A stretch of 64,000 bases of DNA from Thelocarpon superellum (Eukaryota). Positions 12,802-25,178 of the stretch are shown piece by piece. The notes below the pieces were generated by a model, which had not been told where the DNA came from, did not search any database, and was given only the letters and a program-made list of their open reading frames with translations. The stretch's first letter is position 1. The number at the start of each line of letters is the position of its first letter. The position numbers and the translations under genes were made by a program. The DNA lies in assembly GCA_026025795.1 (NCBI GenBank), contig JAPEUG010000016.1:1-64000 (forward strand). The letters are read 5' to 3'.

Positions 12802-13852
12802 TCATCTGGTTTGGGGGGTTGGGGGAGCCGATGGCTGAATGGTCGCCGTGGCCAAGCACGGCCCCGGCCCACCGATATAGTTCGGGAAGAGCTGGATGTC
12901 GGTGAAGCCGGTGATGTTGAGAGAGTTGCAGTACGGACCGGAGTCGGGCTCAGGAACCTCATTGAAGACGGTGCAGCAGCCCGGGTTGCCGCTGGCCCAG
13001 CCGTTGCAGATGAAGTAAGGGTACAGCGTGTAGCAGTAATTGCAGCAGTCATACGCCGTGTAGCCCGGGAAGTACTGATTGAAGGGCAGAAGCTCGTTCA
13101 GCCGGCCGACCAGCGGGGTGTCGTTCTCGTATTCGTAGACGCCATTGTATGAGGGGTAGGGCGTGGCGCAGGGCCCGGTGAGCGTCGACGTCGTGGTGGT
13201 GACACTTGTGATGGTCTGTAGCGAGGGTCATGTCAGTGGAACGGAACGAAGGACCCTCCTCGGAGGGGAGGCTCCCCAGGGGCCCTACGATGATGCTGTT
13301 TGTGGCAGTGACGGTGTCGGTCGAAATAGCCACGGAGAGGCAGGAACACCCGCTGGAGACGCGGCTTGCCGGATACTGGCTCACGTAGGTAGGCAGGGGG
13401 ATCGATTCCAGATGTGACCCACCGATGAAGACGGTGTGGGTGTCGGTCGACGAAATCGTAGTGCTGTCAATCGCCATTAGAACAAGAATTACCCGTGGCA
13501 CTGATGGGGAATGGGAGGCCGCCTACGTGCTCACGGGACCTGTCCCCACGTAGGTCGTGGTGACCGGCGTGGGAATGGCGAGAAACGTCTCACAGAAGGG
13601 AGAGGCCAAGATACTGTGTCGACGCAGGGCTCGCAGGCAATTGTCCGCATTACAGCCAGATCGTTCTTCAATGTCCATGGCTCGCTCTTCATGATTGGAT
13701 ACAGCAAAAGCTTCCTCGGGCTCGGACAGGCGTCGACGATGCTTGGAAGAGGAGAAGTCATTGCAAGCCCCTTCCCCTTGGGCATCAACGAGGAGGATGA
13801 AGGTGAACAGCCATCCGATCGCGAGCATGACTAACGAGAGGACGAGACGCAT
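12802..13852 (-). CDS. Secreted Thr-rich, Cys-motif protein (CNADNCLRAL type) with a C-terminal Cys-rich domain
   Basis: Hydrophobic signal peptide MRLVLSLVMLAIGWLFTFILLVDA. Motifs CNADNCLRAL...FC, VSSGCSCL, Thr-rich spacer, then CCNYC...C...CC...C...GPGPC. Two GT-AG introns; stop at 12802-12804. Confidence 0.75.
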
Positions 13853-13993
13853 GGTTAATCAGCTGCGACGATGATGCCAGTAGTGAGATGAGGCAGGTCG
13901 GATGGCCATCCTCAAGGCCCGTGGCCACGACCGCCTTTTCATCCTCCAAAGCACGAGCTTTCCCACGACCGCGAGGCGGCCTGAGAGCGCGGT

Positions 13994-14027
13994 CCAGCCA
14001 GCCAGCCAGCTAGCCAGCCAGCCAGCT
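13994..14027. repeat. (CCAG)n microsatellite
   Basis: ccagccagccagccagctagccagccagccagct. Confidence 0.9.
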
Positions 14028-15279
14028 CACCGTATGAATATGCGGGATAGTGCACATGCAGCGGTGCATTCTTTGTGCAGGAGGAAGAGCGTGACAATGG
14101 GAGTGGAACATGGCGAATGAAGAGCATACCGTACCGAAGCTCCTGGCTGCACCGACAGCAGTTGGGCCAGCGACAGGGATGAAGGCAATACTATTGATCA
14201 GTATTGCAATCAGGGTCATGGGTGCCTTCTGCGTCCCCACCCCACCCCACCAGGCTCGACGGCCTGCGTGGCCGTCTGGCGACCTCAGCATTGGGGGCAC
14301 TGCGACTAATCCTGTAGCACTGCAGCATTGCAGCACTGTAGCACTTCCCTCACCGACCCATCCGGGGGCCAGGGTAGAGGTTGCTCCCAAACGGGAAATG
14401 GAAAGGAAGACTATCGATTGCCGCCGGACATAGCAAGGGTAGACTCAAGAAATCGGTCGCTCTCGCCGGGATCCCGGTGGTACGGAGCCCTCACCAGGAC
14501 CGGCCGACAGGTAAACGTCAGTGGTGGGTCGCTGGCCAACGGCACACAGCGATGCTATCTTTAGGCGGGCTGGGCCACGGCGGCCCCTCTCATGGCTCGG
14601 TCCTCTGCAGTAGTGGCATGCGGGAGGCCCAACTCACTTGGCAACCCGCAGCCTGCGTTCGAGTACCAAGACGAGCATTCGTCCAATCCATCCACCCTCA
14701 CCCCGTGGACCTTGCTCTGGTCGACTGTATTCCCCCACATGCCCATAAGCGCCTGTCATAAATTGAACGCATAATGTTTCAAGTCCGGTGGTAGCTGAGG
14801 GGCTGCTTTGCAGGCTCACATCCTTCGCTGCTGCACTTGAACACGTGCGTTATTCAAACATTGAGCACATGGCTTGCGGAAGGGGCTGATCTAAGAAAAC
14901 CTGTGGACGCCGGTGCTCTGCAGAAGAATGTCTGGGCCAGCGTTATCGCAAGCCTGACGAATCGTATCAATGGCTTGATTGATGATTCAATCATGGCCCT
15001 TACGCTCGTGTTTCACCCGGCTGCTCATACACCGGGGGGAATTCATGCTATATCGCCATCGTACCCCTCCCTCGTCTCTCGACTCGTGCCAACCTTTCTT
15101 GATATCATGGCCACGATATAGAGCAGAAAAAGTACCCGATCGAGCCCATCTAGCAGAGGTGTCATCGTCTGTCTCTATATCGCGTTTCAACGACCACCCC
15201 CTCTGGGTCCGTTGTGAAACAACGGACCCACATACCCATTACTCCTGTGCTCTTCAGGTTGACACCCAGGATCCTGGAG

Positions 15280-15285
15280 TATAAA
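15280..15285 (+). promoter_or_regulatory. Putative TATA box of the small secreted protein gene
   Basis: TATAAA ~180 bp upstream of ATG 15462, followed by a pyrimidine-rich leader. Confidence 0.5.
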
Positions 15286-15461
15286 GAGTCGAATCTTTTC
15301 ACGAGATGGCAACCCAGACCCTCCATCTTCTGCATTCTCTCTGATCACAGTAGCCAGTCAAAGCTGCTGAGCAGCATCCCGACCCGTCTTGGAAAGTCGC
15401 TTGACTCCTTTCGGACCGTACTATTCCTGTCTCCTTGACTCCGTTCGACCATCCATCCGAC

Positions 15462-15740
15462 ATGAAGCTCCTCACCTTTGCCTTGCTCTTCTCCACCAGT
15501 GCCTATGCGCTGCCACAGTCCTGTCCGAATGGCGTCAACACCTGTACGACCACCAACGGTGTTACTATAAGCTACTGTTATGTCCCGAACGCGTTGACTC
15601 CTTGCCAAAGCTCCAGCCCCGGGGGCTTGGCCGGTAGCACCGGGAGCACAGAGGGTTCCATCACCAACAACAACGGTCCGAGTCAACCAGGCTGCGTTCA
15701 GAATTCATCGGGTGGTTGGGACTGCAATCACAACAACTAG
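15462..15740 (+). CDS. Small secreted cysteine-rich protein (92 aa, 6 Cys)
   Basis: Signal peptide MKLLTFALLFSTSAYA followed by LPQSC. Six Cys, G/S/N-rich, intronless, upstream TATA. Confidence 0.8.
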   Translation: MKLLTFALLFSTSAYALPQSCPNGVNTCTTTNGVTISYCYVPNALTPCQSSSPGGLAGSTGSTEGSITNNNGPSQPGCVQNSSGGWDCNHNN

Positions 15741-17185
15741 GATGGGCTGCCTTGGGAGGGCCTGCGAGTGATGATTTTTGGGCACTTCGCGGTACGGTAG
15801 GCGTGGTGGGACAACCAGGCCGAGCAGGAGGCAAGCTTTTTGGCGCAGCCATGGACCTTGAACATTGGTGTGCGATCATTGCTGGTGTTGGCTGTTGGAG
15901 GATTGACTCTCGCAGGACGACACTTTGTCCAGCATCTGTATCGAAACAAGCGTCAAGGGTCAGGCAGCAACGGCGAGTTCGTCCATCATGGAGCACAAGA
16001 TCGTCTCTGAACTCCCTTCCCTCTTGGGATCGTCAGATTGATAGACATCTATACAACCCGCCATACACACATGCTGAGAACGTGATTTTGCACTCGGTCA
16101 GTCACATGACAAACCGCGCCCTTGCGGCAGGATTCGAGACCGGATGGTTGCGCCGACCAGCGTACTGGAATTGTTCCACGCACCTGGTCTTTATGACGCA
16201 ATTGCCCTTCTCAACCTGTCAACCAACGTCGTTTCGGTCATGCATTGAAGCTGGGCAGTGTCGATAAGGCCAAGATGTGCACGATGTGGCGTGTTCATAC
16301 GACAGAGCCTTACCAACCGTGCTCTCTGCAGTTGTCGTCGTCCAGCCAACGCTCGTGGGTTTGACTTCTCGCCAACATTAGTTGACGAACGCAATCTTGC
16401 TGGCTCACCGGGTTTATGAAAGGACCAACCGTTACTGGTGTGGCAGGTCCGTCTTCGTCCCGTAGTGCTCCTTAGCGAGGCGATTGGGTGACGAATTGTG
16501 GCGGGTGCACAGCGAAAGTACGAAGGACGCGCCCGCCCACAGGATCGCCACCGGTATGCCGAGTGGCGGATGCGCGGAGGATACGAGGGCCCCGGTAGTA
16601 CCGAGTCGACAGGTACCTTGGTTGCACGTATGCTAGCAGAGCTACTTGGCTCTAGGTGTCGCCAGCTTAAGCGGTTGGCGGCTGCGCAGGAACCGAGATC
16701 CTTTTCCCTGCCCCTGACAACGCAATGGTACCGAGACCTCCGAACTCGTATTCTTTCTCAAGGTGATGGAAGGGAGCCCCAACACTTTTCTCTATTCAAG
16801 ACGAGCGACGTAGACTCCGTATTTCGCACGAGTCCTCAAGCATCTCCAGGTTCACGGGAGCCCTCCGTGGCACTTATGCGAGTCTACATTCCCTGAGGGT
16901 GAAGCCATTTTTCCTCCCTTACTTCACGTTCACTTTTTCACCTTGGTCGCCCATTGGGGTCGGTGCGTTTCATGACCGCTCTTTCCTTGGCGTCCATCAT
17001 CCCGATCAACCCGACCACACGACCAGTCCTTCCACCACCGCTCCCTTTACTTCTTGCCCTTGGTGTCCTCCGTCGTGCTCCGAGAGCATCATCTCCGTCT
17101 GCGACGACCGTTTTCTGGAGGAACCGACCCGACTGAACCCGTCGAGTCGGATCCGACCCGGTCCACCCACCCCCCGTCGCCGACC

Positions 17186-18584
17186 ATGGCGACCGGTACT
17201 GGAAGATATTTACGATACATCCTGTTTGCGTTTTTCGTATGGCACCCAAACCCTAGAGATGAGCAGATACTGACTGTCTGTAGGGTCTTGCGGTCCTCTA
17301 CTTCATCTCATCGTCATCCATCCCTCGCACTCAGTTCGAGACGGCCAATCAAATCATCCAGGATCAAGGGTCAAAATGGACCCACCCACAAGAAACGGAG
17401 GGCACGACGGTAGCGGTAGCGGAGCCAGCCGCCGTTCAAGAGTCCTCCACACCGAATCCGCCCGCGACGCTGCCCCCACCCAAAGCCGAGGGTGCGCGGA
17501 TGAACGCAACGTTCGTGACGCTGGCGCGGAACAGCGACGTGTGGGAGATTGCGAAGTCGATCCGACAGGTGGAGGACCGCTTCAACCGCAAGTTCAATTA
17601 CGACTGGGTTTTCCTCAACGATAAGCCCTTTGACGCACAGTTTAAGAAGGTCACGACGGCGCTGGTGTCGGGTACGACGCGATACGGCGAGATTCCCAAA
17701 GAGCACTGGTCGTTCCCCGACTTCATCGACCAAGAGAAGGCCAAGAAGGTGCGCGAGGACATGGCCGAGCGCAAGATTATCTACGGCGACTCGGTCAGCT
17801 ACCGGCATATGTGCCGGTACGAGTCGGGATTCTTCTTCCAGCACCCCATCATGCACGAGTACGAGTGGTATTGGCGGGTGGAGCCCAGCATTGAGCTGTA
17901 CTGCGACATCAACTACGACACGTTCAAGTACATGGCGGATCATAAGAAGAAGTACAGCTTCGTTCTCAGCTTGTACGAGTACAAGGAGACGATTCCGACG
18001 CTCTGGGACAGCGTGAAGAAGTTTATGTCAGATCATCCGGAGCATCTTGCGGCGGATAACTCAATGGAGTTTTTGAGTGACGACGGAGGTCTCACGTACA
18101 ACCATTGTCATTTCGTATGTGGCCCCGAGGAAGAACTGGTTGGGCGATGGATGAAGGCTGATGTGCACAGTGGTCCAACTTTGAGATTGGCAACCTGGAT
18201 TGGCTGCGATCATCGGCATACGTGGACTACTTTAACTCGCTCGACCTAGATGGAGGCTTCTTCTACGAGCGATGGGGCGATGCGCCTGTACACTCGGTGG
18301 GGGCCGGGCTCTTGTTGAACAAGGACGAGATCCACTTCTTCGACGACATCGCCTACTACCACGTGCCATTCACTCATTGTCCGACGAGCGAAACGATGCG
18401 GATGGAACATAAATGCCATTGCAATCCCAAGGAGAACTTTGACTGGAAGGGATATTCATGTGAGGGACCCCATCCCCCTTCCGCGAGGATGCCACCACCT
18501 GACCTCTTACCTACAGGCACGACCCGGTTCTTTGATATGATGAAGATGCCAAAACCCGAGGGGTATGAGAGCCAGCAGGAGTGA
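17186..18584 (+). CDS. MNT1: Alpha-1,2-mannosyltransferase, GT15 (Kre2/Mnt1/Ktr1 family)
   Basis: Type II anchor [17 protein letters not shown]. Motifs [58 protein letters not shown]. Three introns. Confidence 0.95.
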
Positions 18585-18942
18585 ACTGATCGTTTCCCCC
18601 TCCTCTTTTCATTTCCTTCCTTTCTTCGTGTCTTTGATTACGACTTGATTAGTGGTAGACCTTATTCAGCTGTTCTTTATTCTTTATCAACTTCCACCCC
18701 TCCAACACCAACACATGACCATTCCCACCCCGTCGCACTTCACCCACTTCAATCCTCCCATACCTTACCCTCCACTGCTCCCAGCCTCACACGCTCCTAT
18801 CCCATCCGCAATCGAGGATCTCACATTCCGGATGGACATTGAGAAAGAGAAACACCAGAGGAACAAGTCACCTAACGCGCTTGCGTCTCTGTTCAGGGCT
18901 TCGTCTACCCTCAACGGCATCGGCCGGTTCTTCGGCTTGGAA

Positions 18943-19027
18943 GATTGATTGTTGATTGTTGATAAACGATTGGTTGATTGATTGACATCAAGCGAGAGTA
19001 AAAGATTGATTGAATGATTGATTGAGT
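18943..19027. repeat. Imperfect (GATT)n low-complexity tract
   Basis: gattgattgttgattgttgat...gattgattgaatgattgattga. Confidence 0.8.
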
Positions 19028-19653
19028 GGTCATCTGATGAGCTTGATTTGACAATGTGAGAGACGTGGTGATTTAGGGTTATTACGTATTGATTCCTTAC
19101 TTCCGTCATCCATCCGTCCATCGGTTCATCGGTGCATTCGTTCCGGGAAGGGAACGGAGGTGAGGTGAAGGGGGAGGGGAGAGTGGAGGGGAGAAGGTGA
19201 AGAGACGTTATGGAATGGATGGATGGGAAGTCGGGAACGTCATGAAGGAGACAAATGCCTGTCGGGACCAGGATCATGATGGTCGATTGAGTTTTGGGTA
19301 TATTACCGTTTGTGTACGTGTGTCCGCGCATCTACGTCCTCCTGTACCTTCATCTGTACCTGTACGGTAATGGAAATGGAAGGGAACTGGAAAGAGAAGA
19401 GAAAGGAACTTTGCATCCCGGCGTCACGTTTACAAGACTCCCATGTCTCCGTCTTCCTCTCCATCCTCGTGCCGGCCCTCGCCCTCGTACCTTCAAATCG
19501 CCAAAGATCCGTCGGACAAGGAAGTAAACGTCTGATCAATAATATCCTCCACTCTCTTTTGCTTTCTTCTTGCGTACTCTAAGTGGGAGGAGGAGACAAA
19601 GTATAGTACAGTGAAGCGTGGTTGGGTAGATCGGTAGGTAGGCAGGTAGGTAA

Positions 19654-20440
19654 TCAAGGCGCCTTGGGTTTCTTGGCCCCGTATTTCGATCGGCTTGTTA
19701 TGCGGTTCCCTACGCCTCCCTTTACATTCACCATCAGCAGATGATCGGACAAAGGCAGGGGAGGAAGCAGGCAACACACCAGATCCATAGCCCCTCTCAC
19801 GAGATGATAGCGTACGCCGGGACAATCCTGAGATCTACCTCCTCGAACCAGCACCACCGAGTGCTGCTGGACATTATGGCCTAGAGCACCACATCATGCT
19901 GTCAGCGTCAATCCAACCCTGTCCACATCCGCTCCCAGATCGACCCTCCCCACACAAGGGAGCAGAAGAACGAAAGAACGAAAGAACGAAAGAACAGACG
20001 CAAGCAACGCAACGAAGGGGAAAAGTGAACCCACCCTCTCCCGGGATGAAGGCAGTGACGAGCCTCCCCGTACTCAACCTGATCCTGGCCGTCTTCCTCT
20101 CGCCACTGTTCGGTTTCTTGGGCTTGGTGAAGCCCACCTTGAGACACACGCCCTTCAGTTCAGGCCGATTGACCAGGGCAGGCGAAACGGGCTTGCGCGC
20201 GCGCTGCGCCACGCGGCATCCGCGTCGCACCTGGTTGAAGGTGGCGCGGGGCGCGGCGCTGCTGTGGAAGTGGGTGGATTGGGTGCGTTTGCTGGGATGT
20301 AGGGCCAATGGCCGGAGCGGGAGCGGGAGCGGGAGCGGGCGTGTGGAGAAGCGGAACTGTGGGTGGGCGTGGGAGGTACTTCGGAAGAAAATAGCGCTGG
20401 GGCGGGGGAAGAGACATCTTAAGGAAGAGGAACTCGCCAT
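19654..20440 (-). CDS. MRPS12: Mitochondrial ribosomal protein uS12m
   Basis: Basic presequence, then [74 protein letters not shown]. Two introns. Confidence 0.96.
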
Positions 20441-20869
20441 TGTGCTGGCCAGTGCCGTGGTTCCGTGCTCTTTGGCCCTGTTTGTGTTGCTGTTGGGTAC
20501 GAAGTCGATGGTCGCTGTTGGCTTTCTAGTCGTCGCTGGTTCCCGAGATTCGTTTGGCGGATGACATAATCAAGTCGTCGGCGCTCGAGTCGAGGGCCTC
20601 GACGTCCAACTTCATCAGTGGCTTGTTTTCCTTCTTAGACCAGGACATTCCATGGTCGATAGTTTGTTCTCTACATGTACTGTTCGATGCTCTTGAGTTG
20701 AAGGTAACCTCATGATGTGTACCAAAACATCCTTTGAAGAACGCCCGATATTGTCCTCCCTAGATGACCACGCGCAGCTGCTCATAGTGGCGCAAAATGT
20801 AGCGAGAAGTAACAGGGGACCAGCGTCATCGCAGCCTCCATTCCCTTATCGGTGGATGTCAACGTTTCT

Positions 20870-21898
20870 TTAATCGTTCATCTCCGGATCCACCTCAAGC
20901 TTCTTAAGCTCAGTGTGTCTCCCTGAGTCTTGGCTCTCCTGAACGGCAATGCCGTTGGACAAGTCACATTTCATGGCAACACCTGCACGAAGAGGGGTGT
21001 CAGCCAGATGCTCAGCTGGAGCTTTGGAGAGGGAGACATACTGCTGATGTAGCACGCATAGTTGTGCGGATCCTCACGCCTCTCTTGGTCGGTCCCGGTC
21101 GGCCAGTTCGACGGGCTGCAGTCCTTGGTGGGCACCTTACGTGGACCATCGCCGCCAAACCAAAGATACCATTCCGCGAGCGCGTACATCAGTTGGTGGA
21201 CCTGAAAGTTACCAAGATTTGACCCGCCCGACATGCCAAGGCTTGACCACGTGCTGTTCAAAGGGCAGTAGAGGAAGGGGAAGCTCATTTCGGGTGTTTG
21301 TGGCAAGGCGAACCAAGTGGCACAGACCGTGGTGTTTCCGTCTTCGGGGATTGGAGGAATCACCGCGTTTTCGTCCTGGCATACGCTAGCCATGGCATTG
21401 TTGTTGGCTGGAGAGCCGTTCAAACAGGCGAAGGAAGGACTGCCCTCGGAACCGTCCGCATGTATCGGCATTGGCGTACCGTCATATATGTCTTGCAGCA
21501 AGTCGATCACGTCCCGGTAGTCCGTAGCTCCAAAGTAGATGCTGTAGCCATACTTGTCTTTTCCTTGCGTCTGGGCTAAACTGTTGATGGCTTGTTGGAT
21601 CCATCCTCTCATCACCGATATCGTATCATCCACTGTTCTTGCATCATGTGGCACGCAAGGAGGGATCTGAACAGTATAGTTGCCGGGTGTTCGATCATCG
21701 CTCGCAGCCGGCGGCGGCATGTGCCGCCTTTTGGAGAGAATCGAAGGCGCGCGAGGACGTTGGGATATCCCTGTGGGACGTTAGTCACACCGACCGGCGT
21801 CCGATCCATTCCACCTACATACCAGAGCCCGTCGTCAATGCCGCCGCGGTGGCGCTGACCGCTGCGACGATCAGCACCGTCAGGCTCGTGCCTCTCAT
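20870..21898 (-). CDS. Secreted zincin-like (M35-related) protein lacking the HExxH motif
   Basis: Signal peptide MRGTSLTVLIVAAVSATAAA, intron, pro-region ending SKRR. Core pattern YF...PSFAC...C...VCATWFALP..P...CP...Q..QLMYALAEWYL...DPHNYACY. Second intron near 20985-21040. Confidence 0.7.
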
Positions 21899-22679
21899 CT
21901 TGCCAATCTAGCAAGCAAAATTGACTGCGTGAGAAGCACGTTGGACCTGTATCGATCTCACTTCTGCCCAATGTCCAACGGCTAGACCCGGCGTGTGGTC
22001 ACGGCGACGTTCATATGTGACGGCCAAGCAGCAGGCGTGGCTCAAAAATAATCTGGCGCCATGGTTGATCCGTTTCAACGCCGGTCCCCATAGCAGGCAT
22101 GTGATAAGCGTGAGAGCCCGTCATGCCTGCCGTTCTGGACCTTATGCAAGACGTTCATGGGCTGGCCCATTAAGGTTCAGGACGTTTGAATCATTGGAGC
22201 ATGACTGATGCCCAGGAAATGGCTCATGCATGCCCTCGCGGCTGGTGAAGGTACCAGAGGAATGCATGTCGCCTTAGCATCGTGCTCCCCGATCCGGCGC
22301 CAAAGGATTCGCGAGGCGATCTCGACTTACCACAATCGCTGTAGTTGGCTTCTATGCCAATTACTCCCAGGCAGTCGATCGACCACGTACCCCTTGGTAG
22401 ACACAAACGTCCACAAAGCCTCCCGTCACAGACCTCGAGATAAAATCGTGGCCCGGCACCTGCCTTGGGCATATTGTTGTGCCCGGTACATTTCTGCCTG
22501 GCTACGGTTGGTGCATGAGGTGGGGACACAGACCTAGATGTCACGACCATCGCTCGACGTCTAGCAATCGTATTCACGCTAAGACAGGAAATTTGGCTAT
22601 GAGAGTACGTTTGACGCAAGAACCTACAATGAAGAAGCCGCGCGGCTGAGACGGCGCTGTGAGGGAGCTTGCCTCGTTG

Positions 22680-22769
22680 TATGGGAATCAAAGCGATACT
22701 GCAATTGATAGGCGCAGCTAAGATAGCATATGAACGCGCACGTGACCGAATCACGTGCGTACCCTTACA
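22680..22769. mobile_element. ~90 bp solo-LTR/MITE-like element, copy B (diverged)
   Basis: 34/42 identity to copy A at the right end and 12/15 at the left end by manual alignment. Flanks GTTG/GCTG. Retains CGCACGTGA-N5-TCACGTGCG. Confidence 0.65.
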
Positions 22770-23125
22770 GCTGCGTAGATTTCAACATACTCCATACCGT
22801 TCAGGGCCTATCCACACGTCATATTCTCTGATTCTCTCAGTCTCCCAGCAAATGAAGGTCGAGAGTCCGAGTCGGACTTGAAGCAAAGATTCGTCGTTAC
22901 TATCGCGTCCATGCTGGTCGTGCTTATTTTCATATCCAAATGTCCTCGTTTTCTGACTTTTCCTACTTCAACACGATTGTGCTACCGTGAGAGTGAGACA
23001 AGCCCAAGACGAGGGCGGGACGACCTTGCTGTGCAAAACGCTCAGAGTGCTTGGTGCCTATCATGACTCGGGTCATGCAACTGCGAAGCCAGTGTGCTCC
23101 CCGTCTCCCCAAAAGATCTCGGGCC

Positions 23126-24285
23126 CTATTTGGTCGTCTGGACCTCGTTGCCCCCCTTCTTATACTCCTCGAGTCCCTCTGCCGCCACCTTCTTGACGTC
23201 GATCTTGCCATGGCTGAAAGAGCGCGCCATCAGTCTTACGGCAAGAAGGAGAGGGGAGGGCTGCGAGGTTCAGCACTTACAAGACGTCTTGCGTCGTGGC
23301 CAAGATGGATCGCCAGTCCTCGAAGATAGTAAAGGGCACCCCCTCCCGGACGCAGTATGTCACCAAGTCTGGGCACGACATGTCAGCGCCACCGCAAGGA
23401 CGTAGACCGACCACATGCTCACCATGGCCTTTCTTCGCAAAGAGAAGATCCGTCTCGCGCGCCGCCGACAGGTCCGACACTCCGTCTCCGGCATAGAACA
23501 GCGTGGGGCGCTGACCGGCCGGTAGCTTATCATAAGGCCTGATGGCCAAGGACTTGTCGTGGCCGAAGTCGCTGTCCCTCCGAGTGAGCGGGTGCCATCA
23601 AAGCGCGTCAGGCCACGTACCTGTCGTCGTGGAACTTGATCTCCCACCCGCCCTCCTGATCGCGCGTCTTGCCTGGCCGGTCCTGCACATCATTGCTGAT
23701 GATCTCGATCTGGTTGGCCGTCGGGCCGACCAGATGCACGAGCAATGCACGGATGATGTCGACCATGCCCGAGGAGAGGACGATGACCGGCACGTTGTTC
23801 TCCAGGGTCCAGTTGTAGAAGTCCTTGAAGTAGGGGTCAAGCTTGATGTTGTCGCAGAGTGCTTTGACACATTCGGGGAAAGGCGTCTTGACGCTGTCCA
23901 GCATCTCCTTGAAGGCGTCACTAGGGAGGGGTGGACGGTCAGCGGCCCATCCATCCCATCGAGTCTAGCCCGCCTACCGGAATTTGACGCGGTTCTCCAG
24001 AATGTCAATGTTGCCCTTGCGGCGTAGCTCCCATCCGAAGCCAAAATTGTCCGTCTGCCGGAGATGTCAGTGGCCACCTGGGCCAAGGCCGAGGTGTGGG
24101 TAGGGCCGAAATCGAGACTGACCAGATAGTCATTGCCTAGAGACGAAAAGTTCGGTCAATGCCACTTGGCACATCGCATTGGTCCGACAAAACGTACTGT
24201 CTTTCAGCGTGATGGTCCCATCAAAGTCCGTGAAGAAGATGAACTTGGGCTTGGTCTTCATCGCCGGGAGGGTGGAGGCAGCCAT
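23126..24285 (-). CDS. HAD-superfamily IB phosphatase (yeast YNL010W/Pyp1-like)
   Basis: FFTDFDGTITLKDS (motif I), VIVLSSGM, FGHDKS, YAGDGVSDLSAARETDLLFAKKG. Multi-exon; ends EVQTTK*. Confidence 0.92.
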
Positions 24286-25178
24286 GCTTGCGATTCGGGC
24301 GGTGACGTCACTGAAAGGAGGATGCGGTTCAAAGTGCGGGAGCAGGGTCGGTGGAGACAATACTAACGCGGTTGGGCACAGATGAGAGGTTTGCAGAAGG
24401 CAGCCGATGGCAGCTGGAATGACTCTTCACGTCTCTGGGGATCCTCGACAGATATACTCGGCGTAGATGGAGGGGCAGTGGGGTAGGTGCAGGGCTAGCG
24501 CCTGTCGCGGCGTAGTGGGGTTGGTTGAGGCCATCAGGGGGGCACGGGGACAAGGACGCAGACGGCCATTCTTGGTCTATTTCGTTACGCCCCGGTCAGG
24601 GAGCGGTCATACGAATGAGGCTTCCCCCCAAACCGATCGCCAAAGCGATGCCGGATGCTGTCTTCCATGTCGTACAAATAACCTCAACCCTCACACTCTC
24701 TCAACCGCAACATCTGAGCGCACGAGGGACTCTACAGCGTGAACGTCCCTGCGGACAATATGCCTCGTTGCGCGCAACGGGTCCCATGTTCGATCTGCTC
24801 GGCAGGTCCCAACTGCGATCAGGTGCCTTTGCGGCTATGTCTCCCTATTTCTTCCGATCCCAGCTCGTTAGTGTTGCTCAAGCTCCCGTGGGCACCGGGC
24901 ACGAGTACAGACTTCCCAGCTTCCGTGCGACGAGTCGGGGTCCTGCGGGCCAGGTCGACCTGACCCGGAGATCAGCCAGAGCAGAAGGTACACGGGGCCG
25001 AGGGAGGTACAAGCGGCTTCGTGCGGTGCAGCGAATGATACTCCCGTGAGCCGTACGTGCGTCCTGCCGTCAGACGTTGCTGGACGCCAATTAGTCTGTA
25101 CCTTTCGTAGCTATCGCGTAGCGACAGAACGACATCGCGTCGCGTGTCTCCCCGGACCCTTTCATCGGATGTTCCGCG

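Noticed and set aside
22539..22769. Longer 231-bp solo LTR starting at TGTCACGACC
   Set aside because: No TSD (CTAGA versus GCTGC). Homology to copy A and the near-TSD support the 22680 boundary instead.
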